A stretch of DNA of 64,000 nt from Gammaproteobacteria bacterium. Its GTDB lineage: Bacteria; Pseudomonadota; Gammaproteobacteria; Natronospirales; JAJUFS01. A model generated the notes under the pieces. That model did no database searches. It saw only the letters and a list, made by a program, of their open reading frames with translations, and had not been told where the DNA came from. Shown here piece after piece: positions 1 through 9,783 of the stretch. Every line of letters begins with the position of its first letter. Position 1 is the first letter of the stretch. Position numbers and translations under genes: made by a program. Location of the stretch: positions 47,237-111,236 of the forward strand of contig DASVDI010000006.1 in assembly GCA_036381175.1 (NCBI GenBank), read 5' to 3'.

Positions 1-129
1 ACTCCTGCGGTGAACATCGTCAGATGCTTCGCCGATAGATGAGTGATCGTGAACTGTCGCGTATGCGGCAAGGGGCGCGATTCACTCTGCCTGCGCGGTC
101 TCCGCCGGGGTTTCCGATGAGCGAAACCT

Positions 130-1149
130 TTGAACATGGAGAAACCGATGTCCGCGCATCAACACCTGATTTTTTCACCGGAAGTTCCCGCAACTGGCAG
201 CATCGTGCTGCCGGCGTTTCGTGCCCGTCATGCAAGGCGGCCGGGGCATTTGACCATTCGCTACACGCGCAGCAGCGATCCCGCGCTCGGCCTTCCTGTT
301 GTCGTGGTGCTCGGTGGTGTATCGGCAAACGCCGATGTCATCGCCTGCGCAGACCGCTCGCCAGGCTGGTGGTGCACGCAAGCCGGTACCGGCTGCGCGC
401 TGGATACGAACCGTTACGATGTGATCAGCATGGACTTCATCACCGGCGGCGGCATTGATGGCGCTGATTGCCGGCACATCGCGACGGGGGACCAAGCCGA
501 TGCGCTGGCCGCATTGTTGAATGCCTTGCACATTCGCCGCCTGCACGCCTTCGTGGGCGCGTCCTACGGCGCCATGGTCGCGTTGTGTTTTGCTGCCCGC
601 TACCCGGAACGGCTGGCGCGATTGATTGCGATCAGCGGCGCGCACGTCGCGCATCCCCGCGCTGTTGCGATTCGCAGCATTCAGCGTCGGATCATCCACC
701 TTGCACGTGATGCCGGAAAGCCCGCGGAAGGCGTCGCGCTGGCGCGAGCGCTTGCGATTGCCGGTTACCGTGAACATGCCGAATTTGCCGCGCGTTTCAG
801 CGGACCACCGAAACGATTTCACAAGGGCTTTCGTTTTCCCGTCGAGGATTACCTGGAGCACAACGGCCGCAAATACGCTGCGCGCGTTGACGCGGATGAT
901 TATTACCAGTTGTGCGAATCGCTCGATCTGCATGACGTCGATCCTTCCGGCATTACAACGCCTGCAACACTCATCGCCGCCGATCCGGATTTTCTCGTGC
1001 CGCTTTCACAGATGCAGGAGCTCGCCGAACGCCTGCGCGGCCCCGCGCAATTGCATGTGCTGCGCACCGCGTACGGACACGATGCATTCCTGAAGGAACC
1101 GGTGGCGATTGCAGGATTGCTGCGTGATGCGCTGGAGGTGGCGGCATGA
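130..1149 (+). CDS. metX: homoserine O-acyltransferase (MetX-family alpha/beta hydrolase)
   Basis: 339-aa ORF with a GxSxG nucleophile elbow (GASYG) and a C-terminal YGHDAFL motif typical of MetX. Its stop overlaps the next gene's start (ATGA). The true start may be an internal Met. Confidence 0.7.
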   Translation: MNMEKPMSAHQHLIFSPEVPATGSIVLPAFRARHARRPGHLTIRYTRSSDPALGLPVVVVLGGVSANADVIACADRSPGWWCTQAGTGCALDTNRYDVISMDFITGGGIDGADCRHIATGDQADALAALLNALHIRRLHAFVGASYGAMVALCFAARYPERLARLIAISGAHVAHPRAVAIRSIQRRIIHLARDAGKPAEGVALARALAIAGYREHAEFAARFSGPPKRFHKGFRFPVEDYLEHNGRKYAARVDADDYYQLCESLDLHDVDPSGITTPATLIAADPDFLVPLSQMQELAERLRGPAQLHVLRTAYGHDAFLKEPVAIAGLLRDALEVAA

Positions 1150-2324
1150 AACAGCATCCCGAAACGCTCGCAGCGCGCGCGGGCATCGACACCGATACCG
1201 CACACGGCGCCGTCGTGCCACCGGTTTACCTGAGCAGCACGTTCACCTTCGAGGATTACGGCAAACCACGGCGTTACGATTACACGCGCTCGGGCAATCC
1301 GACGCGCGATGTACTCGCAGAAACGCTTGCGCGTCTCGAAGAAGGCGCTGCGGGCATCGTTACGGCCACCGGCATGGCGGCGATTACGACCGTGTTGCAA
1401 CTGTTGGAGCCGGATGACCTTCTCGTCGCGCCGCATGATTGTTACGGCGGTACGTGGCGGCTGTTCACCGCGCTCGCGCGCAAGCGATGTTTTCGCGTTC
1501 GCCTGATCGATTTCAACGATACGAAAGCGCGCGCCGCAGCATTCGCAGAGCACCCGAAAATCACCTGGCTGGAAACACCGAGCAACCCCCTCCTTCGCAT
1601 CACAGATATTCGCGTTGTCGCCAATGAAGCTTACGCGGCGGGAAGTATCGTTGTCGTGGACAACACCTTTCTTTCTCCGGCATTGCAGAAACCCATCACG
1701 CTGGGCGCGGACGTTGTCGTGCACTCCACGACGAAATACCTGAACGGTCACAGCGATGTCGTCGGCGGCGCCATCGTCTGCCGCGACGAAAAACTGCACG
1801 CCGATCTCTCATGGTGGGCGAACTGCCTCGGTGTTACCGGCGCGCCGTTCGACAGCTTTCTTACCTTGCGTGGCATTCGCACGCTCAGGCCCCGCATGCA
1901 GGCGCATGAAAGCAACGCGCATGCCGTGGCGGATCTGTTGTCACGTCACGCCGCCGTTGCGCGCGTGCATTATCCCGGCCTTGTCTCGCATCCCGGCCAT
2001 GACATTGCGAAACGACAGCAACAGGGTTTTGGTGCGATGGTGAGTTTCGAGCTGAATGATGGCGAGGCTGTGGTGCGCGCATTTCTCGATGGCCTGCGCT
2101 GTTTTTCGCTCGCGGAATCGCTGGGCGGCGTTGAAAGCCTTATCGTGCATCCCGCCACCATGACGCATGCGGCGATGACTCCGGATGCGCGGCGAGAAGC
2201 CGGAATCACGGACACACTGTTGCGCTTATCGGTTGGCATCGAGCATGCCGATGATTTGTGCGCGGATATTCTCGATGCGCTGGATCGTGCACAAGCTGTG
2301 ACGGCGCGGAGGAAGCGCGCATGA
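1146..2324 (+). CDS. metB: cystathionine gamma-synthase / O-succinylhomoserine (thiol)-lyase (PLP-dependent)
   Basis: 392 aa with the Cys/Met-metabolism PLP-enzyme signature around HSTTKYLNGHSD (PLP lysine). Translationally coupled to metX and hom. Confidence 0.85.
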   Translation: MKQHPETLAARAGIDTDTAHGAVVPPVYLSSTFTFEDYGKPRRYDYTRSGNPTRDVLAETLARLEEGAAGIVTATGMAAITTVLQLLEPDDLLVAPHDCYGGTWRLFTALARKRCFRVRLIDFNDTKARAAAFAEHPKITWLETPSNPLLRITDIRVVANEAYAAGSIVVVDNTFLSPALQKPITLGADVVVHSTTKYLNGHSDVVGGAIVCRDEKLHADLSWWANCLGVTGAPFDSFLTLRGIRTLRPRMQAHESNAHAVADLLSRHAAVARVHYPGLVSHPGHDIAKRQQQGFGAMVSFELNDGEAVVRAFLDGLRCFSLAESLGGVESLIVHPATMTHAAMTPDARREAGITDTLLRLSVGIEHADDLCADILDALDRAQAVTARRKRA

Positions 2325-3439
2325 GCACCTTGCCGAACACTGTGCTTTCGCCCGGCTTCACCGCTGGCAACACGTACGAGCCCACGCCGGTTCGAATCCT
2401 CGATGTCGTTCTGCTTGGCATCGGCACCGTCGGATCCGAATTCCTGCGCCGGCTTTCCGCGCATGCGCCGCCGCGGATTCGTCTCGTCGGCATCGCGAAC
2501 TCGACGACGATGCTGTTCGAGAAGCGAGGGATTCCGGCACATCGTGCGATTGACTACCTGCGCGAATCCAGAGTCGAGAATTGTCTTGAGGAACTCACAC
2601 AGCGACTTTTGAGATCCCGATCAACGCCGGTGATTGTCGATGCCACCGCAAGCGAAGCTGTGGCAAGAAAGCATGCGGCATGGCTCGATGACGGCATTCA
2701 CGTTGTGACCGCGAACAAGATCGCGTCGGCAAGCGGATGGGTGAGCGATATTGGAAATTCTCACTACGGTGACGCCGCAACCGTCGGTGCGGGACTGCCG
2801 GTGCTCGCGACGATCCGTCGCCTTCGTGCAGCGGGCGACAGGGTCACGCGCGTCGAAGGTATTCTTTCCGGGAGTCTCGGTTTTGTTTTTCATGCATTGC
2901 AGAAACACAGTTCATTTTCACGGGCCGTAATGGATGCGTGTGAGGGCGGCCTTGCCGAGCCGGATCCCCGCCAGGATCTTTCCGGTGCCGATGTTGCGCG
3001 CAAGCTCGCCATCATCGCGCGTGCCGCCGGACTGCCGTGTTTGAATGTGAAGCCCGAATCGTTGATCGAACCGCCAGATGAAAAATTGCCACTTGACCGG
3101 TTCCTGCATTCCCTGTCGCGTCACGATGCGGGCTGGCAGCGACGTGTCAACGACGCAAAGAAGCACGATTGCATTCTGCGTTACGTCGCGAGCCTGGACG
3201 GCGAAGGCAACGCGTTCATTGGCGTGCGCGAACTGCATCACGACGAACCGCTGGCGCAAACGCGCGGCGCCGATAACTGCATCAGCATTTACAGCGATGC
3301 CTACCACCGCGACCCGCTCGTCATTCGCGGACCGGGCGCGGGCGCTGCCGTGACCGCGACCGCCCTGCTCGCGGATCTCGCCGAACTATCCGCGCGTTTG
3401 CAATTGCAGGAATGTTTTCATGGCGGACAGCGGCGATGA
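2321..3439 (+). CDS. hom: homoserine dehydrogenase
   Basis: ATG at 2321 follows a GGAGGA RBS and overlaps the metB stop. N-terminal NAD-binding GIGTVG. Motifs VGAGLPV, GILSGSLGFVF and RGPGAGAAVTA match the homoserine dehydrogenase domain of ThrA/MetL. Confidence 0.85.
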   Translation: MSTLPNTVLSPGFTAGNTYEPTPVRILDVVLLGIGTVGSEFLRRLSAHAPPRIRLVGIANSTTMLFEKRGIPAHRAIDYLRESRVENCLEELTQRLLRSRSTPVIVDATASEAVARKHAAWLDDGIHVVTANKIASASGWVSDIGNSHYGDAATVGAGLPVLATIRRLRAAGDRVTRVEGILSGSLGFVFHALQKHSSFSRAVMDACEGGLAEPDPRQDLSGADVARKLAIIARAAGLPCLNVKPESLIEPPDEKLPLDRFLHSLSRHDAGWQRRVNDAKKHDCILRYVASLDGEGNAFIGVRELHHDEPLAQTRGADNCISIYSDAYHRDPLVIRGPGAGAAVTATALLADLAELSARLQLQECFHGGQRR

Positions 3440-3729
3440 ACCTTTCCCAGCTTCGCTATCTTGTTGCGATTGTCGATTCCGGCTTGAGCATCACGCACGC
3501 CGCCCAACGCGTCTTCGCGACGCAGCCCGGTATCTCGAAACAGCTTCGACAGCTTGAAGAGGAACTCGGCTTCACCATCTTCCAGCGCAACGGCAGAAGC
3601 CTCGTCGCCGTCACGCCGGCCGGCGCGCAAGTCATCGCGCGTGCAAGAACCATTGTTGCGGAGGCGGCGCGCATTCGGTCGCTGGCGACCGAATGTGACG
3701 GGAACCAGATCAGCGTTCACAAGCGCTGA
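3436..3729 (+). pseudogene. LysR-family (CysB/Cbl-like) regulator, N-terminal HTH only; truncated
   Basis: MNLSQLRYLVAIVDSGLSITHAAQRVFATQPGISKQLRQLEEELG is a classic LysR wHTH. The ORF ends after ~97 aa with no effector-binding domain. Full-length LysR proteins are ~300 aa. Confidence 0.6.
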
Positions 3730-3780
3730 ATAGAAAAAGGGCGACCGAAGCCGCCCTCAAAACCACAACAGCTCACAGTG

Positions 3781-4557
3781 TCAGTCGGCAGCAATGATCA
3801 CGCGATCGCCGCTGTCCAGGTCAACAGCAAATATCCGATAGCCAGCATCGCCTGAGCCAATGACAAATGCGACGCGGGACGGTGTGTGAAGTGCGAAAGA
3901 ACTCAGGTCGCCCATGTAGGGACCTTGGCCAACCGTTGGTCCTGACACAATGAACCGGTCGCCACTCGCGGGGTCAACTCTGAACAGTGCGCCCTCGGCC
4001 TCACCGGATGCCAGCACGACCTCTTCTTCCTGCCAGTATCGAACCTCAGAAATGGAACTTAATATCGGACCGTCGCCCGCCGAGACAATGGTTCGATCGC
4101 CGGTCGCAGGATCGACCTTGAAAACAACGTTGCCGAGCGCGTCTTCGCCATTCGTAAACAGATCTCCCGTCGTTTCATCGATGGTGACGCTGTCAAGTTC
4201 ATCGAACACCGGACCTACGCCAGTTGCGGCATCGGAGATGATTGTCCGATCTCCGCCTGGCAACGTGACGGAATAGATTTTTCGGTCGGCTTCCGCCGAC
4301 GCAACGTAAATAACCCCCGAGGCAGGATCTCTCGTGACGCCCAAGGCATTGAAAACGGGGCCGGACCCCGTGCCCGTGTCGTTCGACAGCGAGATCCGAT
4401 TTCCATTTGCCATCGCAACAGCCGAGATCTGATTATGGTTTGCGACCAGCAGCTCGCCATCGTCACCAATAGCTATTCCGCGAATGGAGTTGAGCGCAGG
4501 GCCATCCCCCACATCCGGCTCCCGCGACAACACCGTGCGCTGAGCGGTTTCCAGGGT
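3781..4557 (-). pseudogene. beta-propeller lipoprotein, C-terminal fragment (downstream of frameshift)
   Basis: Six ~45-aa repeat units, each ending in x(D/L)xxxGDRx(I/V)(I/V)S (DPATGDRTIVS, DPASGDRFIVS, DLDSGDRVIIA and others). The frame stays open back to 4557 and continues the repeat begun in ORF 4463..5389. Confidence 0.6.
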
Positions 4558-5389
4558 CTAGTTTGTAGACAGTGTCATTAATTCCACCATAGAAGACGCT
4601 CGAACCATCTGGCGAAATTTCCGAACCCTGAATCCCGGACGACATCGGTTCACCACTTCCCACCGTTGCACTTGTCGTGTCGATCACCAGTTCACGAACC
4701 GAAATATTTTTGCTTGTGTCTTCGGCTCGCACTTCGATCTGATTGGCGCCAGCCGACAACGGCATGTCGAAATGCCAGTTGCCGGTTGCCGGATCGGGCG
4801 AAACGATCGTGCCGCCAACGGTGAGCGTTTCCAGCGCCTGGTCCTGGACCGTTCCTCGAACACGAATTGATGTGACATTCGTGATTCCGAGTGCGGGTGG
4901 GAAATGCACCGCGAGTTCGGGCGATTCCTCGTCTGCCTTCGTGGTTACTTCGAATACAGCCGACACCGAAGGCTCGCCCGCAAAGAACTCACCGCTCGCA
5001 ACACCCTCCGGCGTGTCCGAGGCCTGCAGGCGAATGACAACAACGTCGCCATTCTGCACGGTGCGGTCCAGGTGATTGTCCTGCTCGACGCCGTTTATCA
5101 GCAGCACGAATCCTGCCGTGAGGTCCGCGAGACTTGCAGGAACGAGTTCGCCGTCATCAAGCCCCGCGATAGTCACGCTGGCTTCGTGGAATTCGCCGGG
5201 GTTTGCATCCACCACGGCAGCAAAACTGAATGCGTCGGGCGTGCGATCCGCCACGGGCGGAGTTGTTCCGGGCGGAGTGACGCCCGGTGGATCATTGCCG
5301 CAACCGGCGGCTGCGAGTAGAGCGGTCAACAGGAATGCGTTTACAAGGTGCCTGATATTCATGGGAATCCTCCGTGATCGGGCGTTCAA
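4463..5389 (-). pseudogene. beta-propeller lipoprotein, N-terminal fragment (lipobox, Pro/Thr linker, Ig-like region)
   Basis: Signal peptide plus lipobox (LLAAAGC), a PPGVTPPGTTPP linker and a beta-rich region. The sense reading ends near VYKLD, after which the frame runs into unrelated sequence. Confidence 0.6.
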
Positions 5390-5572
5390 CCGGCGCTCAT
5401 TCTCTCGCCGCCCTCAGGCACTTCCCCTCAGGCTTTCCCTGATTTTCCCGAAAGGCCTCGCAAAACCTTCACCGTCGTGCCCGATAGATACCTGATGGGA
5501 GATTGCGACACCGCGCGTGACACTGCGGTACTGCGATGTGTGTTCGTGTTGCGGGGAAGGGACAGCAAGATT

Positions 5573-5606
5573 GTGGCGGATTACGGCTGCGCCTAATCCG
5601 CCCTAC
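5573..5606. repeat. REP element, family B (GGCGGATTA...TAATCCGCCCTAC)
   Basis: Hairpin-forming unit GGCGGATTACGGCTGCGCCTAATCCGCCCTAC. The same family occurs at 52227..52310. Confidence 0.7.
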
Positions 5607-5659
5607 GAAGACTGCGATGCGTGTTCGTCGGGGGAGACAGGGTCAAACAAGGGGCATTC

Positions 5660-7075
5660 ATGCGCGCGTTCCGCTGGCGCTCCATCAACGTGCTGGTCGT
5701 TGTCGGCTTTGCCGTGGTCGGCCTGCCGCTGGTTGCGGCCATTTTGCTGAGCACGATTTACCTGGAGCGCCTCACGCTCATCAGCCAGGCGACGGTGGTG
5801 ACGGGCATCGAAGGCACGCGTCAGGGCCGGATTCTCGGCGAGGAGCTGACGGCGATGGAACGCTACGCGCGCCAGTACGAAATCCTGCAGGAACCGGCGC
5901 TGCTTGAATTGTTCCAGCGCCGCCGCGAACGTTTCGAGGCCGCCGCCGAATCCTTGCGCGGCGTGTTCACGGATGCCGAACTCGATGCGCTGATTGCCGC
6001 GTTGCTCTCGAACTCGCGCACGCTTTCCATAGCGAACGTATCGGAAGATGCTTTCGGCGGCGTTTCGGAACGTTTCGCCACGCTGCTTGAGCAGGCGATC
6101 GCGGTGAACAACCGCGTGCGCGCGCTTACCGAGGCGCGCATGGAGGCGATGCAGACGCAATCCGAAAGCATTCAGCAACGCCTGGTATGGCAGGCGACGG
6201 GAGTGATCGTGATTGCGCTGGTGCTCGCGGTGGTTTTCACGCTGATGATTTCGCGCGCGGTGCGCCAGCTCGCCGGTGCGATCAAGCGTCTCGGCGAAGG
6301 ACGTTTCGAACACGGCATCGACGTGCGCGGCCCCGCTGATTTCGAGCAGCTTGGCGGACAGCTTGACTGGTTGCGGCGGCGGCTCCAAACGGTGGAAGAA
6401 GACAAGAGCGCATTTCTGCGCAACATCTCGCACGAACTCAAGACGCCGCTCGCAAACATTCGCGAGGGCAGCGAACTGCTGACGGATGGCGCAGCCGGCG
6501 CGCTGACGGCAGAGCAGCGCGAAGTGGCGGACATCCTGCGCGAGAACAGCCTGCGCTTGCAGTCGCAGATCGAGAACCTTCTTAACTTCAGTGCGTGGCA
6601 AAACCTGCGCACGCCGCTTCGACGCGAACCCGTGCGCCTCGATGAACTCGTGGAGCGCGTGCTCGAACGCAATCGCCTGCCGATCCACGCGCGCCAGTTG
6701 CGCGTACTTACCGATCTCAATGACGTAACGGTTGCCGGCGATCCGCAGAAACTGGAAGTGATGATCGAGAATCTTGTTTCGAATGCCGTGAAGTATTCGC
6801 CCGTGAAAGGACGCTTGCACATTCGCATCGAACGCCGCGGACGCATGGCGCGCCTGCTGGTTGCTGACGACGGCCCCGGAATCGAGCCGGATGAACGCAA
6901 GCGCGTGTTTCGCGCGTTTTACCAGGGGCGGCGGCAGGCGGAAAGCCATGTACATGGCACGGGTCTTGGTTTGTCCGTGGTGCAGGAATGCGTTCGCACG
7001 CACCGCGGCAAGGTCACCATCATTGACGGAGAAACCCATGGCGCGACTTTTCTTGTCGAACTGCCATCGAAGTGA
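5660..7075 (+). CDS. sensor histidine kinase, GlrK/QseE-like
   Basis: Two TM segments flank a ~150-aa periplasmic region, followed by HAMP, an H-box (SHELKTPL) and an HATPase_c domain (G-boxes DDGPGI, GTGLGLS). It is the first gene of an HK-lipoprotein-sigma54 RR triad. Start chosen at MRAFRW after an AAGGGG RBS. Confidence 0.85.
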   Translation: MRAFRWRSINVLVVVGFAVVGLPLVAAILLSTIYLERLTLISQATVVTGIEGTRQGRILGEELTAMERYARQYEILQEPALLELFQRRRERFEAAAESLRGVFTDAELDALIAALLSNSRTLSIANVSEDAFGGVSERFATLLEQAIAVNNRVRALTEARMEAMQTQSESIQQRLVWQATGVIVIALVLAVVFTLMISRAVRQLAGAIKRLGEGRFEHGIDVRGPADFEQLGGQLDWLRRRLQTVEEDKSAFLRNISHELKTPLANIREGSELLTDGAAGALTAEQREVADILRENSLRLQSQIENLLNFSAWQNLRTPLRREPVRLDELVERVLERNRLPIHARQLRVLTDLNDVTVAGDPQKLEVMIENLVSNAVKYSPVKGRLHIRIERRGRMARLLVADDGPGIEPDERKRVFRAFYQGRRQAESHVHGTGLGLSVVQECVRTHRGKVTIIDGETHGATFLVELPSK

Positions 7076-7082
7076 TCGCGGC

Positions 7083-7733
7083 ATGAGCGGTGCCGCGCGC
7101 CTGCTGCTGCCGCTGCTGCTTGTGACGCTCGGCGCCTGCGCAAGTCTACGCGGCGATGACGCGGCCGAATGGCCCGAAGGCAACGACAACGTGGCGGGAC
7201 ATTATCTGCTCGGCTTGCGCGAATACCTGGCGAAACCGGCCGGCAAGCAGGCGGTGCATCGCGAGCAACTGCGCGTTGCGGCTGAACGCGGCAATCCGGC
7301 GGCAATGCTCGAATACGCGTTTGCACTTTCCGTTGACCGCGATGATCGAGAAAGTCTTGAACGCGCGCGCGCACTTTTCGAATCGTTGCTGGTCGCGCCC
7401 GATCCCCTGCCCGTCGCGCTCGACGCGTTGACGCGCTTGCAACTCGGCCAGGTGATCGACCGGCTTGAGCGAATGCGCGCGAACGACGAGCTGAACCTCG
7501 CGGTGCGCATCGGCGCCAACGAATTGAAAACCTGTCTTGTGCGCCTGGATGAAACCGAGATCCAGCGCGAAGACATGCGCAAGCAACTCGCGGAGGTGCG
7601 CCGCAAGCTCGATGCGCTGACACGCATCGAGCAAACCGTGAATCACGGGCAAGACACGAATGACGATCAACAGAACCAGGAAAACAGGGAGAACGAGGAT
7701 GCCGAGCGGCAACCAGATACTGCTCGTCGATGA
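7083..7733 (+). CDS. QseG/YfhG-like lipoprotein connector (coiled-coil, Q/N/E-rich tail)
   Basis: Lipoprotein signal LLLVTLGAC, a helical or coiled-coil body and a charged Gln/Asn-rich C-terminus. Its position between kinase and regulator matches the E. coli glrK-yfhG-glrR arrangement. Confidence 0.6.
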   Translation: MSGAARLLLPLLLVTLGACASLRGDDAAEWPEGNDNVAGHYLLGLREYLAKPAGKQAVHREQLRVAAERGNPAAMLEYAFALSVDRDDRESLERARALFESLLVAPDPLPVALDALTRLQLGQVIDRLERMRANDELNLAVRIGANELKTCLVRLDETEIQREDMRKQLAEVRRKLDALTRIEQTVNHGQDTNDDQQNQENRENEDAERQPDTARR

Positions 7734-9054
7734 CGATCCGGGCCTGCTCAGGCTTTTGAGCATGCGGCTGGAAAGCAGCGGCTACAAAGTGCGCACCGCC
7801 GCCGATGGAAGGCACGCGCTATCCGAAGTCGCAGCGGCGCGACCCGATCTCGTGATCACGGATCTTCGCATGGAACCGATGAACGGTCTTGAGCTGCTGG
7901 ATGCGCTCGGCCGCGAGGCACCGGGACTGCCCGTGATACTCATCACCGCGCACGGCAGCATTCCCGATGCGGTACATGCGACACAGAACGGTGCGTTCGG
8001 TTTTTTGACGAAACCGGTGGAGAAGGATGAACTGCTCGCGCAGGTCGGGCGCGCGATCGGTGCAAGCAGCAGTGCGAATGCGCAGGGCCAATCGAGATCG
8101 GATGCGTGGCGCGCGGATATCGTCACGTGCAGTGGTCGCATGGAAGAAGTGCTGGCGCAGGCGCGCATGGCGGCGGGCACGGACGTTTCCGTACTCATCA
8201 GTGGCGAGAGCGGCACCGGCAAGGAATTGCTCGCGCGCGCGATTCATCGCGCGAGTTCACGCGCACACAAACCTTTCATTGCGGTGAACTGCGGCGCGAT
8301 CCCGGAATCGCTGCTCGAATCCGAATTGTTTGGTCACGAGAAAGGCGCGTTCACGGGTGCGGTGCAGGCACGCGCCGGTCTCGTGCAGGAAGCCGACGGC
8401 GGCACCTTGTTTCTCGATGAAATCGGTGACATGCCGCCAACCGCGCAAGTGAAACTGCTGCGCATGCTGCAGGAAGGCACGGTGCGGCGCGTCGGCAGCG
8501 CGCGCGATACACACGTTGATATCCGCGTTGTGTCGGCGACTCATCATGATCTTCGCCAGTCGATTGAATCCGGCGATTTTCGCGAGGATCTTTACTACCG
8601 CCTGAATGTCGTCAATTTGCGCCTGCCACCGTTGCGCGAGCGGCGCGAAGACATTCCATTACTGGCGACACATTTTCTCGAACACCTCACCGGACCCGAA
8701 GACAGGCCGCGGAAAATGTTCGCACCCGCCGCTTTGGAAACACTGTTGCGCGGCGACTGGCCAGGCAACGTGCGCGAGCTGCGCAATTTCATCGAACGAA
8801 GCGCGGCATTGACGCCGAGCAAGCTGATCTCCGCCGGGCAAGTGCGACGATTGCTCGACGAGCACGGCAACGGATTGCCCTCGCTCGCGGATGCGCGCGA
8901 TGCCTTCACCCGACAATACCTCTGCCAGTTGTTGCGAGTAACGCACGGCAATGTTTCGCGCGCTTCGCGTCTTGCGCATCGCAATCGCACAGATTTCTAC
9001 AAATTGTTGAAACGGTTTCATCTTGATCCGGCGCAATTCAAGAACCATTCGTGA
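7699..9054 (+). CDS. sigma-54-dependent response regulator, GlrR/QseF-like (REC-AAA+-Fis HTH)
   Basis: REC domain (LLVDDDPG...ITDLRM), Walker A GESGTGKE, the sigma-54 contact motif GAFTGA and a C-terminal Fis-type HTH. Confidence 0.9.
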   Translation: MPSGNQILLVDDDPGLLRLLSMRLESSGYKVRTAADGRHALSEVAAARPDLVITDLRMEPMNGLELLDALGREAPGLPVILITAHGSIPDAVHATQNGAFGFLTKPVEKDELLAQVGRAIGASSSANAQGQSRSDAWRADIVTCSGRMEEVLAQARMAAGTDVSVLISGESGTGKELLARAIHRASSRAHKPFIAVNCGAIPESLLESELFGHEKGAFTGAVQARAGLVQEADGGTLFLDEIGDMPPTAQVKLLRMLQEGTVRRVGSARDTHVDIRVVSATHHDLRQSIESGDFREDLYYRLNVVNLRLPPLRERREDIPLLATHFLEHLTGPEDRPRKMFAPAALETLLRGDWPGNVRELRNFIERSAALTPSKLISAGQVRRLLDEHGNGLPSLADARDAFTRQYLCQLLRVTHGNVSRASRLAHRNRTDFYKLLKRFHLDPAQFKNHS

Positions 9055-9202
9055 ATTGCGTCGCTCGCCTGCGACAAAAAAAATCAATCTTCTCAATCAT
9101 GTGAAACTGCCGCCGTCAGAACGTTGGCGACAGGCGACGTTTACGTGAGCGCGAGACGATGCATTGGTGCGGTTTACGCCGCGATTGCAGCGTTTTCGAT
9201 CT

Positions 9203-9218
9203 CGGCACGCATATTGCA
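9203..9218 (+). promoter_or_regulatory. sigma-54 (-24/-12) promoter
   Basis: CGGCACGCATATTGCA matches YGGCACG-N4-TTGCW with exact GG-N10-GC spacing. It lies ~55 nt upstream of the ATG at 9274 and directly downstream of the sigma-54 activator gene. Confidence 0.7.
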
Positions 9219-9273
9219 CTAACTCCAGTGAACCTTTCTGGTTCGCGCAAACCTACAACTGGAGGTCACACCC

Positions 9274-9543
9274 ATGAAGAAACTGATGATGCTTTTCCTC
9301 GCCGGCCTGTTCTCCGCTGGCGTTGCTGTTGCCAACGAAGGCGACAAAGTCAATTTCGACCAGCTTGACCAGGATGGCGACGGTCAGTTGAGCCGTACTG
9401 AAGTGGCGCAGAACGCCGAACTTGCCGCGCAGTTCAGCACGATCGATGCCAACGGCGATGGCTACCTGGACCAGAACGAAGCGAAGAGCGCCGAGTCCCA
9501 GGGTCAGCAGCAGGAAGACCAGAGCATGGGCGAGGACTACTGA
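9274..9543 (+). CDS. secreted EF-hand calcium-binding protein (2 loops)
   Basis: Signal peptide MKKLMMLFLAGLFSAGVAVA. Canonical 12-residue loops DQDGDGQLSRTE and DANGDGYLDQNE. RBS TGGAGG. Confidence 0.85.
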   Translation: MKKLMMLFLAGLFSAGVAVANEGDKVNFDQLDQDGDGQLSRTEVAQNAELAAQFSTIDANGDGYLDQNEAKSAESQGQQQEDQSMGEDY

Positions 9544-9783
9544 GTCACAGACCTGTCTGGTAATTGAACATGGCGCGGCGCATACGCCAACCGGGATTCG
9601 CATCGTTGAACGTGTGTCCGCGCCTTTCTTTTGATCTTCACTCGCACACTACATGGCGCGGCCTTTCGATCATTGCTGCCGCGCTTGTTATGGCCACGAT
9701 TCAGGCCGCAATCCGGATTGCCGGATTCTGACAGCCCGATTTTTGAAAGTTATTGACCGACTGCCTCGGCAGGTCCCCCCGTT

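Noticed and set aside
1-129. Possible SAM riboswitch upstream of the metX-metB-hom operon. Such leaders are known for met operons, for example SAM-I in Xanthomonas and SAM-II for metX/metA.
   Set aside because: I could not find the SAM-I core (GAGGGA...GCAACC...) or the SAM-II AAAGCU pseudoknot signature. Only a simple GGTTTC-N8-GAAACC hairpin precedes the start, and the leader may be cut by the window edge. A covariance-model scan (Rfam RF00162, RF00521, RF01725 and others) of an extended sequence would decide.
4545-4565. Programmed +1 ribosomal frameshift in the propeller lipoprotein gene
   Set aside because: No in-frame stop or rare codon sits at the shift site, no upstream SD-like stimulator is present, and the 0-frame continues for 23 codons. 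A mutation or a homopolymer (CCC) sequencing error is the simpler explanation.
5390-5659. glmY/glmZ-like sRNA gene next to the GlrK-like kinase, as in E. coli where glmY precedes glrK
   Set aside because: There is no -24/-12 promoter and no terminator-bounded unit upstream of the kinase. The region contains only a family B REP hairpin.
5603-7189. 528-aa minus-strand ORF antisense to the histidine kinase. Similar long antisense ORFs occur at 19509..21527 (opposite spoT), 35741..37966 (opposite pilQ), 33019..34269 (opposite pilM), 53390..54817 (opposite ybbP), 14672..16138, 58259..59491 and 22373..23386.
   Set aside because: Their translations are Arg/His/Gly/Ala-rich low-complexity sequences with no motifs. 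The opposite strand in each case encodes an unmistakable conserved protein. Long stop-free antisense frames are expected in GC-rich DNA.
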